From: Armatimonadota bacterium
GTDB lineage: Bacteria; Armatimonadota; UBA5829; DTLH01
NCBI GenBank assembly: GCA_039679675.1
Contig: JBDKUN010000059.1
Coordinates: 145,681-209,680, forward strand
Direction of reading: 5' to 3'
Length of the DNA: 64,000 bases
Below the pieces are notes generated by a model. It did no database searches. It had not been told where the DNA came from and was given only the letters and a program-made list of their open reading frames with translations. Below are positions 1 to 9,847 of the stretch, one piece after another. Every line of letters starts with the position of its first letter. Position 1 is the stretch's first letter. The position numbers and the translations under genes were made by a program.

Positions 1-1
1 T

Positions 2-1129
2 GCATTGAGAACCCTTGAAATGTGCTCTCACGAGACCTATATGGACTGTCCGTATTACGAACAGTTGATGTATGTGGGCGATACCAGACTTGAAGTGCTG
101 ACTTCGTATGCTACGACCCGCGATGACCGCCTTCCAAAGAAAGCACTTTTGATGTTCGACCGCTCTCGAAGGTTATCCGGGCTTACGCAGTCCCGCTATC
201 CGAGCAGGGTGACGCAGATAATCCCGCCGTTTTCGCTCTGGTGGGTCGGGATGGTCCACGATTTTGCGATGTGGAGAGACGACCCTGAGTTCGTCAAAAG
301 CCTTATCCCCGGCATAAGGACTGTAATTGACGCATTTATCGGTTATATCAACGCAGACGGGCTTGTAGAAGGCCCCAGAGGATGGAACTTCACGGACTGG
401 GTGCCGAACTGGTGGGATGGTATCCCGCCGGACGGACACCTGGGAGTGAGCGGGATTCTCAACTGGCAGACCGCGCTGATACTCGGCCTTGCTGCGGAGT
501 TGGAGAACACCTTCGGGGACCCGGAAATCGCCCAGAGGAACCTTAGGATGCGGGACAGGATATCCGCAACATCCAAAGAGGTATTCTGGGACAATGACCG
601 AGGTATATTCGCCGACGATCTTTCGAAGGAGCACTACAGCGAGCATTCTCAGTGCCTCGCACTCCTTGGGGGAACTGTAGATGGCTACAAACGCGACAGA
701 ATGATCGAGGGACTCCTGACTGACCCTAATCTGGAGCGGACGACCATCTATTTCAGCCATTATCTCTTCGAGACTTACCGGCTGATAGGAAGAATAGATA
801 AACTCTTTGAGCGTATGGGCCTATGGTTCGATCTAAAGGGTCAAGGCTTCAAGACAACGCTTGAAAAACCGGAGCCGAGCCGCTCTGATTGCCACGCATG
901 GGGCGCACATCCGGTATATCACTACTTCGCCTCAGTGCTTGGAATCCGGCCTGCATCGCCAGGGTTCAAGACGGTCAAAATAGAGCCGCAGCTAGGGCAT
1001 CTGAGCTATGCGAAAGGCGAGATGGTGCATCCTAAAGGGATGATCAAGGTGGAAGTCGAGCAGAAAGACGGTAAGATTTCGAGCAATATAGCACTACCTG
1101 ATGGGATCGAACTGGTATCAAATACTTAA
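2..1129 (+). CDS. Alpha-L-rhamnosidase (GH78), C-terminal part; gene begins before the window
   Basis: Motifs DCPYYEQLMYVGDTR, DW, SDCHAWGAHP and LGIRPASPGF of the GH78 six-hairpin and C-terminal domains; frame is open to the window edge. Confidence 0.9.
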   Translation, partial: ALRTLEMCSHETYMDCPYYEQLMYVGDTRLEVLTSYATTRDDRLPKKALLMFDRSRRLSGLTQSRYPSRVTQIIPPFSLWWVGMVHDFAMWRDDPEFVKSLIPGIRTVIDAFIGYINADGLVEGPRGWNFTDWVPNWWDGIPPDGHLGVSGILNWQTALILGLAAELENTFGDPEIAQRNLRMRDRISATSKEVFWDNDRGIFADDLSKEHYSEHSQCLALLGGTVDGYKRDRMIEGLLTDPNLERTTIYFSHYLFETYRLIGRIDKLFERMGLWFDLKGQGFKTTLEKPEPSRSDCHAWGAHPVYHYFASVLGIRPASPGFKTVKIEPQLGHLSYAKGEMVHPKGMIKVEVEQKDGKISSNIALPDGIELVSNT

Positions 1130-1203
1130 GGCTGAAAAGTTGTCGAAAACTCGTGGGTATATGGGGCGAACTGCGATCCCGGAAGATACGAACAGATAGC
1201 AAG

Positions 1204-1252
1204 GGGCATGGATGCCCTGGAGAATGGGGACCGGGGGATCATGCCCCGGTCC
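1204..1252. terminator. Two GC-rich palindromes between convergent genes
   Basis: GGGCAT-gg-ATGCCC (1204-1217) and GGACCGGGG-7nt-CCCCGGTCC (1228-1252); no U-tract. Confidence 0.45.
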
Positions 1253-1276
1253 ATCAAGATCGCCGAAAGCTAATAG

Positions 1277-2254
1277 CTATCTCGGCACTTCGACTGCTGC
1301 GAGGATATTCGTGACTATCCTGTCGGCTGTAAGGCCTTCTATTTCTGCTTCCGGGCGAAGAATCAGCCTGTGGCGAAGAACTGCGGGCGCTAAGGACTTT
1401 ATATCATCCGGTATCACGAAGTTCCTGCCTCTCATTGCAGCTAGAGATTTCCCTGCAAGAAGAAGTGTGATGGATGCGCGCGGGCTGGCTCCCAGAATCA
1501 AATTCCTGTCCTGCCTTGTCCGATATACAATCTCCCCGATGTAGCGGATAATCGGCTCATCCACGACAACTTTGCTGATTTCCTCGCGGCAGGCGGCAAG
1601 ATCTGCCTCGCTCACGACAGCGTGGACACCTGCATCTTCGATTTTTATCGGCCTGAACCCTGCATTGTAGTTCTGGAGGATTTTATGCTCTTCGGCTGAA
1701 TCGGGGTAATCCACCAGAACCTTCATCATAAACCTGTCGAGCTGAGCTTCGGGAAGCGGATAAGTTCCCTCATATTCTATAGGGTTTTGCGTTGCCAGCA
1801 CCATAAAAAGCGGTGGAAGCGGATACGGCTCTCCGTCTATCGTCACTTTCCGCTCTTCCATTGCCTCCAGAAGCGCTGCCTGTGTCTTAGGCGGCGTCCT
1901 GTTGATCTCATCGGCAAGGAGAACGTTCGTAAACACCGGCCCGCGCCGCATCCTGAACTCTCCCTGTGTAGGGTCGTATACATTCGTCCCGATTACATCC
2001 GACGGCATCAGGTCCGGGGTGAACTGCACCCGTTTGAAGTCTGCCGAGACAACATGCGAAAGGGTTCTGACGAGCAATGTCTTAGCTATCCCCGGAACAC
2101 CCTCCAGAAGGACGTGGCCTTCCGCAAAAAGAGCAACTATCACCTGCTCGATTATGTCTTCCTGACCCACAACAACTTTCCGAAGCTCCTCGCGAATACT
2201 ATCGGCGGTCGCTGCTACTTTATTATTTGCTTGTGTTTGATCGGGCAATTCCAA
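1277..2254 (-). CDS. moxR: MoxR-family AAA+ ATPase
   Basis: HVLLEGVPGIAKT Walker A, RVQFTPDLMPSD, LLADEINRTPPKTQAALLEAM, ATQNPIEYEGTYPLPEAQLDRF. Confidence 0.95.
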   Translation of the reverse strand: MELPDQTQANNKVAATADSIREELRKVVVGQEDIIEQVIVALFAEGHVLLEGVPGIAKTLLVRTLSHVVSADFKRVQFTPDLMPSDVIGTNVYDPTQGEFRMRRGPVFTNVLLADEINRTPPKTQAALLEAMEERKVTIDGEPYPLPPLFMVLATQNPIEYEGTYPLPEAQLDRFMMKVLVDYPDSAEEHKILQNYNAGFRPIKIEDAGVHAVVSEADLAACREEISKVVVDEPIIRYIGEIVYRTRQDRNLILGASPRASITLLLAGKSLAAMRGRNFVIPDDIKSLAPAVLRHRLILRPEAEIEGLTADRIVTNILAAVEVPR

Positions 2255-3386
2255 GCTCCCTTCTTAACTCTTCAATTGATCTTATCAACAATATTGTTTC
2301 GCTGTCTGAGACTTCATAGCCCCCCATGACGCGCTCGCATCGTTTTATAACCGATTCCAATTTAGATTTATCTACCGATGCAAACCTGAGCACTGCTTCC
2401 ACGACTTCATTGGGGGGTTCGTGCTGCTTCACACCAAACTTCATCACAAGCTCTCGCCTGAACGAACTATAAATAGCGGCAAACGCATGCTGCCGCGCAT
2501 TTGCCCTGTAATACAGTCCTGCCATAGCGCGGACAAGCTCCCAACCCCTCCGCTGCTCCTTTGCTTCCTTCAGCGGATGGATCTCCCCAAAACGCCGTCC
2601 GGCGCTTATCATCACAAGAAGCACGACCAGAAGCAGGTTAAATAGCACAAGTTTACCGCCAATTCCAAGCATGGGCGGCATCTCTTCGTCACTCAACGGG
2701 TCAGACTTATACTCCGAGAAGAGCACACGATCGTTCTTGCCCGCATTTTCGTATATCATATTGGTAGCCAAAACGATATTATCTGTCTTTTTTATGTTGG
2801 CGTTTGCGAAGATCATTGGATCACCGACAAAGATGATCCTTCCCCTGCCGCTTGGATATTCCGCTGCTATTATAAAACCGTTATTTTCCAGAATAACAGA
2901 CATTCCGCTTTTACGCCGTGCATACATGGGAGTATAGTCTGTGAACACTGTCTTCACATTCGATGTATATCGCCCCGGTTTCGGATGCATTGTATAATAA
3001 GGCCGACTTCCGAAATACCTGTTGGCTTTTATCCCCAGAACATCCATCTGTTTTAGCGGCTTACTGAGCGAGATTATCAGGGTATTTCCTTTTTCGACCC
3101 ACCTTCTGAGTGTATTTGCATCACGTTTGGAGAGCATATCCGGGTCCATCATCAGAAGTACCCGTGCGTCGTCTGGAATTTCGGCAAAAGACCTCTTATG
3201 CCTGCTCACTTTGAATTTCAGATCCTCCAGCAGAAGATAAAACGCCTTTGTGCCGTGGGGGCCGGTAGAATAACTGCTTGGCGAATCCATTTTGCCTGCT
3301 CTTTTCATCGCAGCCCAGCAGGAGAATATTCCTAGCAGAATTATAATCAGAATCAGCGTCCGGGCGTCACGTGAAAGCCTCATCAC
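2223..3386 (-). CDS. DUF4350-type membrane-anchored protein (GATase-like extracytoplasmic domain)
   Basis: N-terminal TM, SSYSTGPHGTKAF, WVEKGNTLI, GRGRIIFVGDPMIFAN, second TM then RRFG; typical neighbour of moxR. Confidence 0.75.
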   Translation of the reverse strand: MMRLSRDARTLILIIILLGIFSCWAAMKRAGKMDSPSSYSTGPHGTKAFYLLLEDLKFKVSRHKRSFAEIPDDARVLLMMDPDMLSKRDANTLRRWVEKGNTLIISLSKPLKQMDVLGIKANRYFGSRPYYTMHPKPGRYTSNVKTVFTDYTPMYARRKSGMSVILENNGFIIAAEYPSGRGRIIFVGDPMIFANANIKKTDNIVLATNMIYENAGKNDRVLFSEYKSDPLSDEEMPPMLGIGGKLVLFNLLLVVLLVMISAGRRFGEIHPLKEAKEQRRGWELVRAMAGLYYRANARQHAFAAIYSSFRRELVMKFGVKQHEPPNEVVEAVLRFASVDKSKLESVIKRCERVMGGYEVSDSETILLIRSIEELRRELGIARSNTSK

Positions 3387-4159
3387 TTCGCCTCCGCTGC
3401 TTCTACCGACTCATACGCGCGTATGAATGACTGGTAGTCACCGTCACAGGCAGACTCATGCCCATACCATTTGCGGTCAAACACCATAGTTACCGGCTTC
3501 AGCGTATCGTGGACCTGATGGTATTTTCTGAGCATAGAAAGGTACTCCCAGTTGGTGCCGGTACGGTCGAACCGAATGAGGTCACGTTCATCCAACCGAA
3601 GCAGGATTGCAAGATAGACCAGTCTGAGTGCTGCGCGGTAATCTCCGCTCACTGCCATCTTCTGAGCTTCATCCAGCGCATTTCGGGGAATAGTGGGGCC
3701 TGAATATATGCTGTTATCTTCGTCTTTTTCTCTGACTTTAGCTGTACGCCTGATATTGATAACATTTGAGGTAATGAGAGCAAGAATACCGATCAGTAGA
3801 ACTATAGCAATTACAGTGACAATTACCCCGAATCCATTAGGGACTCCTATCGGTCCTATTCCACTTCCAAATATCCCTCCTAATATCTTATCTATCGCCC
3901 TTCCGAACCATTTCAGAAATCTTTCCGAAAGTGAATAATCGGCACCCGCGAACTCACTCCGCGAGAGAATGGTGTTCAGTTTATCTTTTCGTACCTTTGG
4001 GGATGCCTGGACAATCGGGTCCTTTACTCGTATGGCTTTTGAGGCAGCGCTGTGCTTAACCGGAGGCTGCACAGGCATAAGTAACTGCCTTGCAGCACCT
4101 ACCGGCAATACTAAAACTGCCGTTAAAGCCAATATAGTGATTAGTAGCTTTTTGTTCAT
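3383..4159 (-). CDS. DUF4129 domain membrane protein
   Basis: GDYRAALRLVYLAILLRL...TNWEY...FDRKWYG signature; signal peptide plus TM helix. Confidence 0.8.
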   Translation of the reverse strand: MNKKLLITILALTAVLVLPVGAARQLLMPVQPPVKHSAASKAIRVKDPIVQASPKVRKDKLNTILSRSEFAGADYSLSERFLKWFGRAIDKILGGIFGSGIGPIGVPNGFGVIVTVIAIVLLIGILALITSNVINIRRTAKVREKDEDNSIYSGPTIPRNALDEAQKMAVSGDYRAALRLVYLAILLRLDERDLIRFDRTGTNWEYLSMLRKYHQVHDTLKPVTMVFDRKWYGHESACDGDYQSFIRAYESVEAAEAK

Positions 4160-5316
4160 TGCTGCGCGGGAGTATTTTGTTCAGGAGAAGCGGGACAGCC
4201 TGGTGTAGTGCATCCTCCGTGTTGGTTCCAACAGCTTCTATGCAGAACAGATTTGCACGAGGGGCACATCACCCCGTCTTCAAGAGAACGAATCGGATAG
4301 TGGCAATGGGCACATACAGGCTCCTGTGCAATTGCGGGCTGATATTGCACTTGGCCCACATTAGCTGGACTCGGCTTAGGCAGATCGGCTGCATTTCCGG
4401 TTCGTGATGCCAGATCGTATGCAAGCATCTGAAGGTCGAACCCTTCCTTGCGGATTCTAATATCATAGTAGAGTAAAACAGTTACAATCGGAGATACAGG
4501 AGCCACAAGTACTCCAACAATGCCGCAAATCACCCCTGAAAACAGGCCCATTGCTGTTGTATTATCCCGACCTATGATCGGATAAGCTATGCCAAGGACT
4601 CCATATTGGACCATGCTTGAAATGATTGAGACTATAATGCCAGCGACAAAAGTATAACCCACTATTCTTCCAACATGTCTATCGGCTAAGCGCCAGCTTC
4701 TGATAATTGCTTCCTTTTTCGCAACTCCTTCTACAATAAGCGCCGTATAGCAAAGTGGCAATACTCTCAGTGAGAAACAAGTCACTGCAACAATGGCAGC
4801 GATTGTCAACGGTATTCCAATAATCAAACCTACCGCTTTATACGTAAACATTAGAGCACAGCCAATTACCCCTATCACGACTAATCCTAAATATACAAGA
4901 CCTATTAATAATATCGTTAGAAAAACAGAGCCCAGCCTTTGAAAAACATACTTATACGCATCGCCTATACTGGTAGATACATTCATGTAGCGTTGAGATA
5001 TTGCATATGTAAATGCACATATGACGATTGGGTATGCCAGCATGCAAAGAACATAAACACAGACAATTAAAATGCCTGTAGTTAGTCCTGCATTCGATAA
5101 AAACGGGGTAGCTCCTGGACTTGGATTGCCGCCATGCTGCATATTACCAAGAGTATTGGCGAAATTATTCGCTAGACCGGCGAGGAAGTTCAATGGGAAG
5201 AATACCAATGCTCCTATGCCAGCAAGAAGCGCGAAGTTGTTTTTGTACAGATCGAATGTCTCATCCAGAATATCGCCTAACCCCATCGGCCTAAACCGAT
5301 TCTTCCGAATTGCCAA
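4156..5316 (-). CDS. Polytopic membrane protein with C-terminal prokaryotic RING-finger-like domain
   Basis: RPMGLGDILDETF start, several TM helices, LLYYDIRIRKEGFDL motif, then CAHC-x12-CPSC-x4-HRSCW-x5-C-x4-C. Confidence 0.8.
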   Translation of the reverse strand: MAIRKNRFRPMGLGDILDETFDLYKNNFALLAGIGALVFFPLNFLAGLANNFANTLGNMQHGGNPSPGATPFLSNAGLTTGILIVCVYVLCMLAYPIVICAFTYAISQRYMNVSTSIGDAYKYVFQRLGSVFLTILLIGLVYLGLVVIGVIGCALMFTYKAVGLIIGIPLTIAAIVAVTCFSLRVLPLCYTALIVEGVAKKEAIIRSWRLADRHVGRIVGYTFVAGIIVSIISSMVQYGVLGIAYPIIGRDNTTAMGLFSGVICGIVGVLVAPVSPIVTVLLYYDIRIRKEGFDLQMLAYDLASRTGNAADLPKPSPANVGQVQYQPAIAQEPVCAHCHYPIRSLEDGVMCPSCKSVLHRSCWNQHGGCTTPGCPASPEQNTPAQQ

Positions 5317-5368
5317 CTTAGTCCTCCGTATATCGGCGCCCGCACTGAACTGACGGCAAGGTCTGCCT

Positions 5369-5398
5369 GCATCAAATTATTAAGTATTAATTTGATGC
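5369..5398. promoter_or_regulatory. 11-bp perfect inverted repeat upstream of the MoxR operon
   Basis: GCATCAAATTA-8nt-TAATTTGATGC. Confidence 0.35.
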
Positions 5399-5498
5399 GG
5401 ACAGCCATAACTCCTTCATTGTTTCAAGAATTTGGCATGGTATGTGGGAATGAGGTGATACCTGTCAATTATTGTCAGTTTATAGCAGAAACGACCGT

Positions 5499-5535
5499 AT
5501 GAGCCGAGACGAAGCGCGGGGCTTCATCGGTTCAT
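5499..5535 (-). terminator. Hairpin downstream of the cold-shock gene
   Basis: ATGAACCGA-TGAAGC...GCTTCG-TC-TCGGCTCAT stem on the minus strand. Confidence 0.5.
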
Positions 5536-5558
5536 TTCCGTTTTCCCGCGCATACGCT

Positions 5559-5774
5559 CTAGACTATGCCGACATTTACTGCCTGTGGGCCCTTCGATCC
5601 ATCTACAAGCTCAAACTCAACACACTGCCCTTCACTTAGAGATTTATATCCATCCTTCCGTATTGCAGTGTAATGGACAAATACATCTCTATTTCCATCC
5701 ACCTCAATGAAACCATATCCCTTGGCATCATTGAACCATTTGACCTTCCCGGTCATCATACTGCTCGATTCCAT
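5559..5774 (-). CDS. cspA: Cold-shock protein
   Basis: [15 protein letters not shown] (RNP1), DVFVHYTAI (RNP2), GPQAVNV. Confidence 0.95.
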   Translation of the reverse strand: MESSSMMTGKVKWFNDAKGYGFIEVDGNRDVFVHYTAIRKDGYKSLSEGQCVEFELVDGSKGPQAVNVGIV

Positions 5775-5827
5775 ACTCTATTGCTTCCTCCGTTACATGC
5801 CAAGCAAGCAGGCTTGTAATGTCACTT

Positions 5828-5856
5828 ATTGTAACATCAGTCAGCCCGCCTGTCAA
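5828..5856 (-). promoter_or_regulatory. Sigma70 promoter of csp
   Basis: TTGACA-17nt-TACAAT with extended -10 TG. Confidence 0.75.
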
Positions 5857-6129
5857 CCATATTTGGAAGAAATCTAGCGTTATTCGTTATAACATTAGGT
5901 GTTTTTCATATTCTGCTCGTATTTAAGAGTGGGACGTGAGCATAAGTGTTCAGATATAATCTTGTTTCTGTATATCTTCGGACATTAACTGAGGTATTCT
6001 GCGATTCTATCGTTGCTTCAACAATCTTGCCAAAGCGAGAATGCGTAACGCCAAGGTGGTAACTTATATCGGCATTTGTAGGACGTATTTATGTTGTTCT
6101 ATTAAGCGAACGGAGGACGTTATGAGGTT

Positions 6130-7113
6130 CTATTCGTCTTTTGTATTAGCGAGAGCGCGTATTTCACCGCAGGTTACGGCGGCTACACCGACTTTTCTTA
6201 CTGCAGCGCCGCCTGCCAGGTTGCCGATCTTTGCCGCGGCCACCGGTGATGCTCCTGCCGCAAGGGCAAGACTGATTGCGCTGATTACAGTGTCCCCCGC
6301 GCCGGTGACATCATATACTTCTATAGGGACTGCAGGAAGCGTTGCGTCGAAGTCTTTGCTGAATATAGTAAGTCCAACAGAGCCGCGGGTTACTACCAGG
6401 CAATCAAGCGAAAGTTCCGATAACATGCTCCGCCCTGAGGCCTTGATAATCTCTTCGTCCTTAAATTTCAACCCGGCAACGGTTTCCGCCTCAGACTGGT
6501 TGAGTGCAACCAGCCTTGCACCCTGGAACCCGCGAATATTGACCGGTTTTGCGTTTGCAGTGCATATCTTCCCCATTCCACTTGCAAGCGCGACAACTCT
6601 TGAGGCAACTTCCGGCTTCAGCACGCCTTTGTTATAATCAGAGAGCACCAGAACATCACAGTCTTTCAGTTTTTCGCGAATATTTTCCAGTATTTCCTCG
6701 ATAACGGCTTCATCTACGGGATCCTGTGTCTCTCTATCGACCCTTACAACCTGCTGCCTGTGAGAAACCCATATCCGAGTCTTGCGCGTGGTCACGCGTG
6801 ACTGGTCAACCACCAACCCGCTTGTGTCAACACCTGCATTAGAGAGTTTCTTCGCCAGCTCTTCTCCATACGGATCGTTACCGACCACGCCGACTACTGC
6901 CACGCTTCCGCCAAGTGCTCTGATGTTATTTGCAACATTTGCAGCACCGCCGGGAAGCACTTCAGAGTCGCCATTTGCGTCTACCACGAGCACTGGCGCT
7001 TCAGGTGACACGCGGCTGGTTGTCCCCCAGATGTGCTCATCCACCATCAAATCACCGACGACAAGAGCCCTCAACTGGCCAAATCGTTCGAGAATGTGAG
7101 ACAAGCTATCCAA
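6130..7113 (-). CDS. rfaE1: D-glycero-beta-D-manno-heptose-7-phosphate kinase (RfaE domain I, PfkB family)
   Basis: VVGDLMVDEHIWG..SRVSPEAPV, GGAANVA, SDYNKG, DVTGAGDTV. Confidence 0.92.
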   Translation of the reverse strand: MDSLSHILERFGQLRALVVGDLMVDEHIWGTTSRVSPEAPVLVVDANGDSEVLPGGAANVANNIRALGGSVAVVGVVGNDPYGEELAKKLSNAGVDTSGLVVDQSRVTTRKTRIWVSHRQQVVRVDRETQDPVDEAVIEEILENIREKLKDCDVLVLSDYNKGVLKPEVASRVVALASGMGKICTANAKPVNIRGFQGARLVALNQSEAETVAGLKFKDEEIIKASGRSMLSELSLDCLVVTRGSVGLTIFSKDFDATLPAVPIEVYDVTGAGDTVISAISLALAAGASPVAAAKIGNLAGGAAVRKVGVAAVTCGEIRALANTKDE

Positions 7114-7117
7114 AGAC

Positions 7118-8074
7118 CTAACCCTCCTGTGACTCTATTACCGCAGCCGCGATTAGCGGCAGCATGATCTCATGATGCCCCACCAGCGATACCGACCTTC
7201 CTCCAAGCGCGCGTACCCGCCTAACAATCTGTTCTTCTGATCGGTATTGGCGTATAAAGTCTAGGTTTACCGCAAATACTTTATCCATATTGCACCCGAT
7301 GTTCGTTGCCATTGCAAATGACTTCAATGCTACTTCGGGAAGTATTACGGCGGAGCCTACATTAAGGAGCACCCCACCCAACTGCATTAAATCTTCAATT
7401 TCGGCTGCGAATATCCTGAAGTCACGTAGCGAACAATCGCCTATGGCTGAACCATCGGCTCCCGGATGCATATGGACTATGTCCGTACCTATTCCGACAT
7501 GCACCGTCACCGGAATTTCTGCTCTACTTGCCGCAACAAGCAGACTTGAGCCTATACCCGGCGCATTTGACTTTATAAGCCTTTCGCCAAGAGATTCACC
7601 AAATCCCCGTTTCGATTCCAGACCGGCTACAGCCGCAGAGTTCACAAACTGAGCGGTCTCCATGCCCATGCCGAACTTGCCTTCCTTCAGGCCGGCCACT
7701 ACATCCTCTGATGTACGGCCGTAGAGCGCCATTTCCGTGTCATGTATCGCGCCTGCGCCGTTCATGGCAAGCCCAGTGATGATCCCTCTGGCAATAAGGT
7801 CTGCTATAACCGGAGACAGCCCGCATTTGATGACATGAGCTCCGATTGAAAGGATAACCGGGCGCTTCTCGTGGGCCGCATCCGAGATGGCTGTTACTGC
7901 TGCTTTAATATCCCTGCCTGCCAGAATATCAGGAAAAGATGAAATAAGGTCGGTTATCTTACCGCCCGCTCGCCATGCAGACGCCGCACTTCCAATCTCG
8001 ACCTTTCTATGCTGTTTTCCGACCTCATGAGCCTTTATCCGGCTGCAATCAAATTCTCTAAACTTCGATGACAT
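7118..8074 (-). CDS. Conserved hypothetical protein with deoxyhypusine-synthase-like fold
   Basis: GAHVIKCGL, NGAGAIHDTE, IGTDIVHMHP, GSAVILPEV, GHHEIMLPL motifs recall DHS-like proteins. Confidence 0.65.
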   Translation of the reverse strand: MSSKFREFDCSRIKAHEVGKQHRKVEIGSAASAWRAGGKITDLISSFPDILAGRDIKAAVTAISDAAHEKRPVILSIGAHVIKCGLSPVIADLIARGIITGLAMNGAGAIHDTEMALYGRTSEDVVAGLKEGKFGMGMETAQFVNSAAVAGLESKRGFGESLGERLIKSNAPGIGSSLLVAASRAEIPVTVHVGIGTDIVHMHPGADGSAIGDCSLRDFRIFAAEIEDLMQLGGVLLNVGSAVILPEVALKSFAMATNIGCNMDKVFAVNLDFIRQYRSEEQIVRRVRALGGRSVSLVGHHEIMLPLIAAAVIESQEG

Positions 8075-8096
8075 CTTTATCTTTCCCTAGAAGCGG

Positions 8097-9059
8097 TCAG
8101 CTTTTCTGCCAACTACCGAACAACTTTACATACAACCAACTTTCGCGCTTTGGCCTGCCCAATATATACCAGAGAGCAACCAACCCATTTACAACTACCT
8201 TTCGGCGGTAATGCTCAGCAAGACCGAGTGTCACTACAACACCCAACGCATTCAACAGGGCCTGTATCAGCGCATTAGTAAACTGACAGCACCCTACCAT
8301 CAGCTCAGGGACGATACCGAAATGCTTACGCATGTAATAACAACGGCCCCGATTTCGTTCAATATAGGATGCTATACGTTTACACCTTACCGAAACCCCA
8401 ATAAAATGTATGATCTTCGCTTCAGGTACATATTCCATCTGCCAACCGGCATCAGCGATCATCTTGGAGAGGTCCGGGTCTTCGCAATAGAAGAAATATG
8501 ACTCGTCAAAACCGCCAGCCTCTTTAAATGCTGCCTGTCTGACCATAATAGCTGCTGCGCAAAAATATGCAATTCCTGCAAGCTGCTCTTTCCGCTCCAC
8601 CATACTGGCAATTTTATGTCTGACACTCTTCCTGGCGCTCGAAAAAAGCACCGTTTTGGGAGTCATCAGCAGTGCCACAACTTCCTGATCCTTGTCATCA
8701 GCGTCCACAATCCGAGGCGAAGCTATACCTGCTTTTGGGTTAGATTCCAGAGCTGATGCAAGACGTTCAACTGCGTTTGGACATACCAGGGTATCGCTGT
8801 TTAGAATGAACAGAAACTCACCCTGTGCCTCTTTTGCGCCAAGATTATTCGCCCGCCCAAACCCAAGATTTTTACTGCACTTTATTACCTTGACCGATGG
8901 AAACCGCTCACAAATAGCCTCAGCAGACCCATCGGATGATGCATTGTCTACAACGATTATCTCGTAAGGCCTTGGGGGAACCGTCTTCTCAAGAGATGCT
9001 ATGCAATCAATTACATGCTGTTTTGTATTATGATTGACTATGATAACGCTAATATCCAA
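8097..9059 (-). CDS. Glycosyltransferase family 2
   Basis: ISVIIVNHN, VVDNASSDGS, NLGFGRANN, LNSD, FDESYFFYCED. Confidence 0.92.
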   Translation of the reverse strand: MDISVIIVNHNTKQHVIDCIASLEKTVPPRPYEIIVVDNASSDGSAEAICERFPSVKVIKCSKNLGFGRANNLGAKEAQGEFLFILNSDTLVCPNAVERLASALESNPKAGIASPRIVDADDKDQEVVALLMTPKTVLFSSARKSVRHKIASMVERKEQLAGIAYFCAAAIMVRQAAFKEAGGFDESYFFYCEDPDLSKMIADAGWQMEYVPEAKIIHFIGVSVRCKRIASYIERNRGRCYYMRKHFGIVPELMVGCCQFTNALIQALLNALGVVVTLGLAEHYRRKVVVNGLVALWYILGRPKRESWLYVKLFGSWQKS

Positions 9060-9076
9060 TTTATTTCTGCTAATAA

Positions 9077-9847
9077 CTACTGTCTATTCAATTTTTCTTT
9101 GCAGTTGTTGCTTTGTAATTCCCACATAATGGAGTAATGCACCAACCTGAAAAAAACGGGCATTGCTGAAAATACCAACCCCGGCACTCCGTGCATAAAC
9201 CCCCGCCACAGGATGTAACGCCTGAAAAAGAGGTTCGGAAGCTCTGCAAAGTGACGGAATCCTACACGTTTTCCCTTAGCGAAATCGTCTTCTGCGCAGG
9301 CTCTTGCATACCGAAGGTTCTTCTCATACCACTCTTTAAGCTCTGTTATATTATAATGTTCAAGATACCCCTTGACCCAGCCGCATTTGCCACCGTAAAC
9401 AAGCTTTGCATGAGTCGAACGGTCGATAAACTTCACTCTATCCCTGCGGAATAGCCTTATCTCAGGCTTGGGGTGCATAACCCCGTATTCAGCCGGTTTA
9501 TCTCTGTAATAATTTCTTCTGAGCATCTTGTAAACATCATACTCAGGCTCAGTTTTCAGCAGAGACTGTATGTTCTTCGCAAGCTCAGGAGATACAGCCT
9601 CGTCTGCATCTATAAAGACCGTCCAGCGGTTCGAACACTTGTCTGCAGCAAGCTGCCTCTGCCTGTTGGAACCCGGCCACTCGTTATAGAAAAACTTATC
9701 TGTGTATTCCCGGCATATATCTTCGGTTTTGTCAGTGCTGCCGGAGTCGACAATAACTATCTCATCCGCCCATTTGACCGATTCCAGGCACTCACGTATG
9801 CAATTCTCTTCATTCTTCGTAATGATGATAACTGAAAGCTTTTCTAT
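9077..9847 (-). CDS. Glycosyltransferase family 2 (LPS core glucosyltransferase-like), probable ATA start
   Basis: Frame is open from 9847: (M)EKLSVIIITKNEENCIRECLESVKWADEIVIVDSGSTDKT...FIDADE; the ORF track only reports it from an internal ATG at 9526. Confidence 0.85.
   Translation of the reverse strand: MEKLSVIIITKNEENCIRECLESVKWADEIVIVDSGSTDKTEDICREYTDKFFYNEWPGSNRQRQLAADKCSNRWTVFIDADEAVSPELAKNIQSLLKTEPEYDVYKMLRRNYYRDKPAEYGVMHPKPEIRLFRRDRVKFIDRSTHAKLVYGGKCGWVKGYLEHYNITELKEWYEKNLRYARACAEDDFAKGKRVGFRHFAELPNLFFRRYILWRGFMHGVPGLVFSAMPVFFRLVHYSIMWELQSNNCKEKLNRQ

Noticed and set aside
1139..1162. SigB-like promoter (GTTG...GGGTAT)
   Set aside because: Poor -35 and spacing, and no plus-strand gene downstream
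5277..5408. 43-codon minus-strand ORF with an AGGAG RBS overlapping the start of the MoxR operon
   Set aside because: No recognisable features; could be chance and cannot be supported without conservation data
6041..6637. 198-aa plus-strand ORF and similar antisense ORFs across the LPS cluster
   Set aside because: Shadows of well-supported minus-strand genes
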